Positions 33,001 through 45,000 of a stretch of 64,000 nt of DNA are shown here, piece after piece (the first letter of the stretch is position 1; every line of letters starts with the position of its first letter). Position numbers and translations under genes: made by a program. A model generated the notes under the pieces. It was given only the letters and a program-made list of their open reading frames with translations. It did no database searches and was not told the DNA's origin. The stretch covers positions 119,908,001 to 119,972,000 of the forward strand of contig OZ024742.1 of the NCBI GenBank assembly GCA_964016885.1, written 5' to 3'. The DNA comes from Eledone cirrhosa. Taxonomy: Eukaryota.

Positions 33001-36000
33001 GCATCTCTCTCTCTATATATATATATATACACATGTATGTATATATATATATATATATATATACATACATACATACACGTGTATATCGTATATATAAGGT
33101 AGCTTAGAAGTGTCACTACGAGAGGCTACTAAATGAGGAGAATAAGTGGGAAAAAGTCTGCCCCAAATTGATCCAATAGAGGGACCAGCAGTGCAAGTTG
33201 AAGGTAGTATAATAAGTAAGGCAATCAAAGATATGAAGCCAGGCAAAGCAGCTGGGCCTTCGGAGATAGTTGCTGAAATGCTGAAAGCATCTGGATCGGT
33301 GGGACACACTATGGTCACCCGGATAGTAAACCAAGTCATACAGAATGGGGCACATCATCATTAACTGCTACAAGGGTAAAGGAGATGCCTTAGATAGTGG
33401 AAACTATAGAGGCATTAAATTAATTGACCAGGTCATGAAGGTCACAGAAAGAGTTATAGCGCAACTAATTAGCGAGCGAATTGATCTAGAGGAAATGTAG
33501 TTTGTGTCAGGTAAAAGTATCACAGACGCTCTTTTTCTTGTACGACAATTACAGAAGTTCCTAGCTAAAAGTAAACCCCTATACTTAGCTTTTGTTGACT
33601 TGGAGAAAGCTTTTGACAGAGTCCCCTGCTCAATTATCTGGTGGGCTCTTAGAAAACTGGTGTTAATGAATGGCTTGTGGGAGCTATACAAGCCATGTAT
33701 AAAGAAACAGTCAGCAAGGTTAGAATTAACAACGAATATAGTGAAGAATTTAGCGTAAAAGTTGGTGTTTATCAGGGCTCTGTCCTTAGCCCCCTCCTAT
33801 TTATTATTGCCCTTCAGGCTATAACAGAGGAGTTCAAGACCGGCTGCTTATGGGAACTTCTATATGCAGATGATCTAACGCTCATAGCTGAATCAATGGC
33901 TGAACTGGAGAAGAAATTCCAAACATGGAAGCATGCCTAGAATCAAAAGGCCTTACAATTAACTTGTCTAAGACTAAAGTTCTAGTATGTAGGAAGGAAA
34001 ATAGGGCACTGGTCCCCTCTGGGAAATGGCCATGCTCAGTGTGTAGGAAAGGAGTAAGCAGAAACTCCATTTTATGTCCCAAATGCAAAGTATGGGTGCA
34101 TAAAAGATGTAGTGGGATCACAGGTAAGCTAACTAAGAACATAGATATTATATGTGGCCGGTGCTCAGGTGCAATAAGTAGCAAGTACCCACAGGATACT
34201 AGCTCCTTCCATTGCCCAGATGGTTCTATAGAAATAGTGGACAGCTTCCGTTACCTGGGTAACAAAATCAGTAGTGGTGGTGGGTGCTCTGAAAGTACAG
34301 TAACCAGAGTCAGAACGGGATGGAAAAAGTTCAGAGAGCTTATACCACTATTGGCTGCTAAAGGTTTCTCTCTAAAAATGAAAGGCAGGCTGTATGATAC
34401 CTGCATACGAACAGCAATGTTACATGGCAGTGAGACATGGGAATTGTGTGCAGAAGATCTGCGCAGACTGGAGAGCAACGAAGCTTGCATGTCCATTGGA
34501 TGTGTAATAGTAATATACATGAACGGCAAAGCATAAATGAACTAAGTGAGAAATTAGGAATAAGAGGTATCAGATGCTGTTTACTCGAGAGAAGACTACG
34601 TTGGTATGGTCACATGATGCGCATGAAGGACGACAGCTATATAAAAAAGTGCAGGGCGATCAAAATTGATGGAAGCTACGGAGTAGGCAGACCCAGAAAA
34701 ACCTGGGACGATTTGATAAATTCCAACTTTACACACTTACACCTCTCCAAGACAATGTCACTGGACCGAGAACTTTGGCGCTATGCAGTAATACAGAAGA
34801 CCCGCCTTGCCTAAGTACAAAGCGAAACCTACAGGCACCTCTTAACTAAAAATACACCCCATCCCACTACCCCCACCCCTTTCTCTGTAAAGTTATGTTG
34901 GTACCACAACATCCAGTCCTAAATAAATAAGGTTGTGTAGGTGTCATGACAAAAAAACACACTAGTCCACGCTATAATGTGGCCCTGTAGGTAACACGGT
35001 AAAAACCTTCCTGTCCACACTGTAAATGTGGTTGGTGTTAGGAAGGGCATCCAGCCGTAGAAAACCTGCCAGACAGTCCTATACGAGCAAGACAACCAAT
35101 CTTGCCTCAAGTGGGGTAATTCCCGTCTAAACCCATGCTAGCGTGGAAGATAGACGTTAAACGATGATGATGATGATATATGGATTATAAAGAAAAATAT
35201 ATGCACATCATGCATGCATAGTGAACAATTCTTTATGCTATGAATTCAAATTCCAGATGTCAACTTTGACCTTCATTTTTGGGGGTTGATAAAATACAGA
35301 ACTTGTCCAGGTCAAGTTTGTAGAACTGATAGGACTTTGGACAAGATGTTCTTGTAGCAAGCTACTTTCCTTTGGTGCATTGATACTCTGTCCGTGCATG
35401 ATTTGGCTAACTTAGGCCAATCGTTAGCTGCGCACGGATATGTATTTCAACTTCCACCCAAACGGAGAATTCCCCGCTTCTTTTAATAAATTCATTCTCT
35501 TGCAACTTTGACTGTGGTAAGGTAAACAACCATTTTGCTTTTGCTCCGCAACCATTAACCAAAATGTAATACAACATGTAACCACGGCCTGTCCAACACC
35601 TCAGCCAGTAGACCGTGCCATCTGCAATCTTAATTTGTTTGATTCATTTGTTTTGGCATGCCAGCCCAGCTCAATCCAGTTCTTTGTTAATAAATTATGT
35701 AAAAACCTGTTACAACAAACTACATATTGTCGATTTTATTATTATTACATGGCATAATATTATTTAACAGTTAAACTAGTTACTATTACTTGCTGCTATA
35801 TTGGTGACCTCTGTTGATACAATACAAACTACAAAGACAAATAATTGTTTCTACTTTAGGCACAAGGCCAGCAATTACCCAGTGCATTACTGGTACTTTA
35901 TTTTATCGACCCCGTAAGGATGAAAGGCAAAGTCAACCTCGGCGGGATTTGAACTCAGATCGTAAAGGGACGTAACTATGCTGGAAAGCATGGCGTCCGA

Positions 36001-39000
36001 CCCTCTACCGATACTGCCAATCCACAAATAATAACTATTAACATTATTTTAGAAACTGCTAGACTCTTTCTGTTCAGTGTTTACTTAATCTAGTGTACAG
36101 CTTAACACTCTACACCAGTACCTTTAGTCAAGTTCAGTTTATTGCAAGCATTCAGGCCAGGTCTCCGGTTTAAGGATACATTCCTCCATCCAGCCTACTA
36201 ATCTTGGAGGCTCTGTAAAGTATCATGGGAATATTATTTCTCTCCTCTCTGACTAAACAGTTAAAAAACTTGTTTCAAAAGTAAAATAAGTAATAGAATA
36301 ATAAATACAATAAAATGTCATGTACCTATGTAGTGAAACCATGTTCAATGCTAAACCAGCAAAGCTACTTGCAATTGTGTTGATTTCAATCTGTTTTAGA
36401 TGGAGGTTTGTAGCAAAATCTTCAATGGTTAAACTGGAGGATCCTTTATCACAGTGAAGCATGTAATCACTACGAAGTATTCCAAGGCTTAAATGCTAAA
36501 AGAAAAAAAAACATCATCATTATCATCCCATTCTCAGGTTAGACAGATCAGGTGACCATATGTCACTCATTTGGGCTTGGTTTTCTATAGCAAGTACTGG
36601 GAGCATTTTTTGTGACACCAGCACTACCTAATTACAGGGTTGAGTGGGTGCTTTCTTTTGTAAGGTAATAGAACTAGTGCCATGACAAAAAAGCACCCAG
36701 TTCACTCTTCAAGTGGTAGTGTTGGTGTCATGATAAATAAATATATCTTGTAAGACTGTCCCAAGTCTCTAGGCTCCTCAGGCTGCTGATTATTCTGATT
36801 ACACTGGCGCTAAGCAACTGAGAGATAAGCCACCCTCCAGGACAGGATGCCAGTCTATCACTGGATTAAACCTAAGATGTTACTGGTACTTATTTTTCTT
36901 TTTTTTTCATCTATGTGGATTGGACAACCATGAATGAAGTGTTTTTCTCAAGGATACAATGTTTCACCTAGACTGGGAATTGATCTTACGATCATGAACC
37001 CAATACACTAATCACTATTCCACATGCCTTTACTTACATCAATTAGCAAAGAAATTTATTTACATATTACAAGGGGAGCTAAAACAATGAAGGATGACAA
37101 TTACATTAAGATATTCTGATAGATTGTCAATTCTCTTAAACAGTTTAGGATGATGAACTATCTGTCTATCTAACTATCTGTTTGTTTATTTATTTAATTA
37201 ATTAATTAATTTATTTATTCATTTATTTCATAAACATTTTAAAACAATTATTTAGTCAAGGAAATGAGATTGAATTAACAGTAAAAGGTAGAGCAACAAA
37301 AAAAAAATGCTTTGCAGTATTTAGTTAAAACTTCCTATGTTCTAAGTTCAAATCCTGCTGAAGTCAACTTTGCCTTTCATCCTTCTGGAGGTGATAAAAT
37401 AAAGTACCAATTAAATACTGGAATCTCTCCACAAATTGCAGACCTTGTGCCAATGTTAAAAATAATTATTTAGTCAAGGAAGATATGACAGTGTCTGTAA
37501 CACATTTATGGCCTCTGAGATGGATGAGATGAAAGGAGGAGGATGTCCTCAAACTGGAGATCTGGCCTGAATACATCCAAACAGTGGTCTCTAATAGAGA
37601 CCACTGTTTATCTCATGTAAGTTAAATGCCAAACAATTATGTTGTTTAATTAAAAACTATGTTTATGAATTGTTTATAAAATATGGTTGCATTTATTGTG
37701 TAGATCGCCAACATTGGGAAAGATGTCAATGTCTTTCACACATCTGGAGTCCTTCATGCCCTTTGTTTAGTGAGTTTTCTATGGCTGAATGAGTTTTCTA
37801 CACCAACTACTTTACAGATTGTACTGGGTGTGTTTATCATGTAGATAACTAACAGTTGTTATGCTCTTGATGCAGCTGAAGAGTTCTCTCAACATTTGTT
37901 GACATAGTTTCTATAGCTAGATGCTTTTCTTATCACTAATTACCTTACAGGTTGTACAGGGTACATTTTTCGTGAGGTTATGTCATGCTGGGAGGGTCCC
38001 CAGCTTGATTTCTATGGATAGAGGCCTTTCTGACACCAATCACTTAACAGAGTGTGCTGTGTGTTTTATCATGGCACCAGCATTAGAGAAGTTGTCAATC
38101 ATAGGCTCAATTGAATAACCCTCTCCACTCTATAGGGGGGTGGGGTGGGGTGGGGGTAGGGGTTTATATATCTCAAAACTTTACATAGTAATTTTCCTCT
38201 AAATTCTTCATTATTTTCAATATGAATTGAAAATCATAGGCAGTGTCTTTCATTAGAAATATGACAATAAAAAGGTTATTAGTTGTAAAAATATTTTGAG
38301 AAATAAAATTTCTTTCTTGAGAAAATAATACTATTAATTACATTGTGTAAATCAATTAATATAATAAATTCTAACCTGCTTTCTTTTACCGTCTTGCTTA
38401 AGGGTAGCTTCATAGATATCCCATAAGTTTTTAGTGAAATCATCAGCTTCTAAGGTACTGAAGTAACAAAATAAATTCAACGAGTAGTTAAACATACAAG
38501 CACAAATAATTTTCATTTCACAATTCTTATTCCACAAAAAGCCAATTATACCAACCCAATTCTATTGACCTAATTATACTGAAAGAACTATTCTTTAGTG
38601 GTTTTAACATCAAAGTTATTTTAGAGCATGTTTTTATTCTTAATTACACTATGTTATCACTAATTAAACATAGCCAGTTAAATTCATATTATATGTAAAC
38701 AAGCCTTCACCAAAAACAATGTGTTTACCAAATCTATAAGAAGATATTGTCTTTAGTATCTCAGCATATGGGGATAAGTAAGTGCTGATGAAATGTTATG
38801 TCACATGCATCTACCACTCTTGTCCCAATTACAGCTTAAAATACTCATAGTGAGACTAAATGTATGTTTATTATTTATAGACATAGGAGTTCATTATGTC
38901 TTTATTCTGAATTATGTTGTGTCAATGTTATTGTTAATTTAGGGTAAGATTGCTGTATGTATTTGTAGATAAGTCATACATAATTTACTCTATTTTGAGT

Positions 39001-42000
39001 AATGGAAATTTAGGAAACATACATTTCTATTGCACATATAGAGATCAAATTCTTTTTCTCTTCACTTTTCAATCAATATCCAACTGTTTTAATACGAAAC
39101 TCATTTTATTTCGAAGTATCATATTACATATGTATGGAATTTTAACATTTTTGTTACCATATTTGTTTACAATAAAAATTAAGCATTTAGAGGGATTTAT
39201 TAAAATTATTTTTTATGAGAATGGCTTTTATAACATAAATATCTTTTATATCAAATGACATAAGAAAATTTTATCTGGGTGGTTTTATTTCATAAAACCA
39301 AAGGTGGGATAGGTATTAAAAGACTTATCATATAAACTCGAATATAAGCCAAGAAATTATCAACCATCTTGTCAACAACAGCCCTGAGTACCTTTTTGAA
39401 TTCCATGTGTCTAACACATGTGGGCATACCTACAAAGTCAGAAAACAACACAGCTCCCATGACTTTCAGAAACATTTTTTCACACTCAGAGTTGCTGAAG
39501 CATGGAACAAACTACCTGCATATGCTTCCTAAATTTCCATTGTTAGCTGTCGAGACACTGCATCCTTTAAAACCTCCATGCTTCCTGAAATTCGCCAACA
39601 CTACACCTGATGTCCCCCCCTCCGTACACATGCACACATGTATATCATGACTCATACACTGTTCATTTTCCTTACATTTGTACAATATTCTATGTACTAT
39701 ACATGCACCTTTGATGAGTTGTAGTGCACCTGAGCACTGTACACAATAATTTCATTATTATAACAAATAATTGTTTCTACTTTTGGCACAAGGCCAGCAA
39801 TTACCCAGTGTATTACTGGTACAAATAATATTTAGATATCAGTAGTTAAATATTGTCATTAAGTTGAAAGTAAATTATTTTACTAAACTTCTAATAATTC
39901 TTCATTATTTTGATAAAATACAAAGGCAATGCCAGATTAACTTAATATCAATTAACATTTGCTGTGGGCCATGTATTTTTAGAGGCCCCATGCTAAGTGT
40001 TTTACACTATAGTACTTTACTGCCTTTAACTTTTATATCATGTATTTTTAAATTTAAGATTCCTTTATATTATCTGCTATAGGCCATCACTAACCTAATT
40101 CACCATTGCACAAAGACAGTATATTCTTGTCAAAAACATTATCATAAAAGAAATAGCTATGCTACAAAGCTATGACTGTTTGCAATGCGGCATTAATTAG
40201 ATTCTATGGGAAACTATTTATCATCTTAAATCAATCTTTAGTCTGTATTCCAGAACAAATTTCAGTTATAATTTAGATTGTATGTTTATTACACCTAAAA
40301 TATTCTCCAATATTTAAACAATGGAGCCTTTGTGTTGTTTAAATCAGTGGTTGCCAACCGGTGGCCCGAGAAGAAATTTTCCACAGAAAAATGTGGACTT
40401 TATTTGCAATTTCTATGTTTTATTAATAATAAAACAAAAATAATATTTGGTTAAAATATATTTATAACACCCCTAAAAAATATTTCTCCTCTGTAAAGAA
40501 ATAACATCCATGAAAGTATTTTACACATGTGTATCATCTATCGACAATATGACACATGTACACTCCAGTATTGTTTCAATAAATGGAAGTTCTCTGATCA
40601 TTAGGGTCGGACGCCATGCTTTGACGCATAGAGTTACGGTCCTTGCCATTCTGAGTTCAAATCTCGCCGAGGGTAACTTTGCCTTTTATCCTTATGGGGT
40701 CGATAAAATAAAGTACCAGTAATACACTGTCAGGTCGGGTGACCTTGTCTTGCTCATACAGGAACTGATTTTGGCTTCGTTTCTACAGCTGGATGGCCTT
40801 CCTAACACCAACCTCATTTACAGTGAGTGCTGGGTGCTTTTTTCCGTGGTGCCTACACGTCCACTTTACAGTGTGGGCTGGGTGATTTTTTGCTGTGGCA
40901 CGTCCACGACCACTTTGTAGTGGGAGGGTGTGGGGCATATTGTCTATATGTTTCAGCTTGTACCCATGGGAGGTCGGGTACTCTGTATTACTGCGTGACA
41001 CCAGAGGTCACAAAATTTGTTTTATTTTTAACATGGTGGATACCTAAGTGTATTTGTGAGTGAATAACAATAATATTGTAATAATATCATAACATTAATA
41101 TTCAGTTTGCTTGCAAGCAAATAACCTCATAGACACCATGTGTTAGATGACGTCATCCTTTTGTTCCAGCGGTAGCTGAGAGAAAACAATAGACAATTGT
41201 TTCGGAATGTTTTGCTCCTTATCAAGATTGTGTATTCTGCTCACTGTTACCCACTGGAACTGCTGAGAATACATAGTATTCTCAAATGTATACATCAGCT
41301 GATTAACCTCATTTTAATTTTCAGCAAAGCCAGCCATAAAATCGTTGCTAAGCAATGACAACGGTGACAGCAGTGACAACAATGACTTTCCTAATTCTTA
41401 TGTCAAGGGTAACAAGTTTATCCACAGTCTTTATAAAACTGATAAAAATAGTATGTCACACTGATTACTGGTAGATATGTCTATGACCTCAACTATAAAC
41501 TGTTTCTAGGTCAATTTAATTTGAAAACAAAAGCAAATGGTGATACATTATTTTGACATGACAGTGTATAGAATCTAATGTTCTCATACATAGTATGTTT
41601 TCATAACTGATTAAACACCTTAAATATACCCAATTATCTTAAGCAGTTTATAGCAGTTTATAGCAGTTTATATATTCTGCTTCAGTACATCAGTATAACC
41701 CAAGTCAAGTTCAGCTTCAACATATGCCAGCGTATTTTGTTATTTACACTCTGAACTGTGTAGAATATTTGTTAACAAAATGAATTGTCTACCTGTTGCA
41801 AATAATTTTGAAAAATATTACAGAGCTTGGATGAACTGAGGGAGAAATTGCATGTAAGAGGAATCTGATGTGGTGTGCAAGAGAGAAGACTGTGTTGGTT
41901 CGGACATGTGATGGACATGGATGATGATCACTAGAAAATCCAGTGGAAGAAAGCTACAGTAGAGGTAGAAAGACCTGGGCAGAAGTGGTGAGAGCTGATC

Positions 42001-45000
42001 TCAAGTTGCTGAGACTTACAAAGGAGATGATAAAGGAGTGTGGTGTGTGGAGAGATGCTGTGCTGAAAAGGACCCTTCTAACCCATGCATAAAAATGTTG
42101 ATGATGATGATGATTAGAAAGGATTTAGTAAAGTATCTAACGTTTTCATTATTTAGCTTTAGAAATGATGAGAGGTTTCAATATACAGGATGACACAAAA
42201 ACAACTGGCCCCAAGAACGTTTTTTATCCCTATATATTCATTTTCTAACAGATCAACCTTATATTTCAGGACATGGCAGATACGTCTGAGAAGACAAGAC
42301 CTCAATGGGAGCTCCAGCACTTGATTTTCTATATGAAACATTACTATAAAAGTACTTCATACAAGCATGTTCTGGAGCAATTCATGCATTTTTTGGAACA
42401 GACAGATCTCCCTTCAAAGCCAATATATAAAACTGAGTGAAGAAGTTTCAGACCTATAGGACAGTGGAGAACCTCAATACAATGTCTGAGGACTATCCTA
42501 CCCACTCTGGATGATCCAAGAATCATACACAAGAAGTTATTGACATAATCCAAGAGTTTGTTGAACAGAGCCAAAAACGATTGCTGTGCAGGAGAAGCCA
42601 ATCCTTGGGTCTCTCTACAGAAACTTGCAGAAGGGTTATTTTGGATCATAGAATCAGAGACAGTCTTGAGCAAGTTGGCGTTAAAATAGTTCAGGCTTTT
42701 ATTTGCTAATATATAAATACAATAGTTTCAAATAGAGATATTCTTACCGTTCTTACTATTTAAATTATTTTCTTTTCAAATAGGTTCATACAAACTACAA
42801 ATATTATGGAACTCTATTCAATAAATTATTTTGATTTTGTTTGATATAATAAATGGTTAATTTTTCATAGAAAATGGAGTAGAAATTTTCAACAGCTGGC
42901 ACTTTATTGTTGTCTTTGTGGTTAGAGAATTTGGCTCCTGATTGTAAGGTTGTGAGTTTGATTGCTGGCAGTGTGTTGTGTTTTCAAGTAAGACAATTTA
43001 TTTCATGTTGCTCCAGTCCACATAACTAAAACAAATGAGTTGTACTTGTAATTCAAAGGGGTCAGCTTTGTCACACGCAGTGACATGCTGAATGTCCCTA
43101 ATAATTAGTAAAGGCATATGTGTTTGTGGTATACGTGTTTTCTCAGCCACATACACGTTAATTTGATGAGCAGGCTGTTCCATTGCTCAAATAACTAAAA
43201 CACTTGTCATCAGAATTGATGGAAGTCCAATAAACACACACACATGCAGGGTAACCTAAAATAAACATTAAAAATTGAAAGCTGTATATTTTATACTTTA
43301 AATTTCAAGTACATAAAATGTTCAAATACCTTTTTAAGGAGTTGTAGAGAAAATTGTAATCATGGGCAACTTTGTGAACCAGTAAATTAAAATCAACTTG
43401 CAAAGATTTGGCCTCTTCAAGCAGAGAATGTAAGATTACTGATGGAAACAAAGCAAAAGGTGCATTTTGAGCAGAGGAAGATGAGGTGCTGGCAGCTTCT
43501 TTACTTTTCATTAACACTCCTGCAACAAAATAATAGCTGTTTTATTATAAATTAGCAAAATGCCCATTGTTGCCAAGCACACCTTTCGCCACTGTAAATA
43601 AAGACCCCCTATCCCACTTTCTCCTCAACATGGCCATCTTTAAATAGCCCCAGAACTCTGCTATTTTAGAGGAGAGAAAGATGTAAACTATATGTTGACA
43701 GGCTTCGGGAGCTAAATAACCTTTGTATCGAATTTGATGCATCGCCTGCATACAGACAGACAGACATTTTCGTTTTTATATATGTAGATAATTGTTTCTA
43801 CTTTTGGCACAAGGCCAGCAATTATCCCAGTGCATTACTGGTACTTTATTTTATCGACCCCGTAAGGATGAAAGGCAAAGTTAACCTCGGCAGGATTTGA
43901 ACTCAGACCCTAAAGAGCCATAACTCTATGCTGCAAAGCATGGCGTCCGACCCTCCACCCTTTATATCTATAGATAATAGCGAAACTTAATGTAACGTAT
44001 ATATAATCATCATCATTTTACATCCACTTTCCATGCTAGAATAGGTTGGACAGGTTGTCACAATCACAAACTAGATGGGTTAGAGAAGCCTCATCTTATT
44101 CATATGTTGTATCTCATGGACAGTCCCCTCTAAATGCCAGTTGTGTAGATCAGTGTGTTGAAGCACTAGTAACAAAGTCATATTATGTTTGTGACGTTAG
44201 GTTCAGTATTATAGAAAATGTGTCTTACATCCAATGTAGTTTTTCAACTTCACTGTCACCTATGGTATTCTTCTGGTCATCATCACCTGATTCGTCCAAC
44301 CTTACAACAGGCAACTATGCTCTTCCATCACTTTCTGTCCTTGACGAGGGTTGGGGCTTGATACCAGTTTGTGCCACAGTAGCACAGATCATCTTTTATG
44401 GTAAATCTCCTGGTCTTCTTTGGCTTACATTTTGGTCATTTCCCATCAGCTAGTAACCATGTTATTAGAGCCGAGATATTGCCCCCCCCCCCCCCCCATA
44501 CATATGTATTTTCTCCTGCACACCACCTTGGATTCTTCTTAAACCCAGTTTCTCCCATTCATTCTCTATATTCATCAGCCTCTCATTGTAACATTTCCAG
44601 GGCTCTTCCTTTTGAGCATCAGTGGTGCTAAGTGCATCAATCACATTTCTAACACACTTTTCCCCAACATCCCGATCCAGTGGCACACTGCCTTGCCATG
44701 TGTAACACATCACGTCTCTGGTCATCACATTGCAAGTTATTGGCAAACTTTCTTTCTTCAGTCTCTTTCTGAGCTATAAATACCTGCTATCTACCTTCTC
44801 TCTTATCTCCTGGTACTGGTCTCTGCTACTTCCATTGCTCCTGGACATCCTTACATGAGCCACTTTTATAGTAATATTTGTCTCTTGACTTTAATGACTA
44901 TCCACTGTGCTATTCCCCCACCAGGTCACTGAGTATGCTTTGCTCCAGCCACAAGTCTCAGTAGTTTGCAATAGGTTGTCATGTAAGAATTTCCAATTGT

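Noticed and set aside
35353-35714. Possible solo LTR (TG...CA with weak terminal inverted repeat and internal hairpin)
   Set aside because: No TSD, and the left TG appears to belong to an adjacent SINE head
42160-42690. Possible Penelope or other TE coding relic
   Set aside because: No motif could be recognised with confidence by eye
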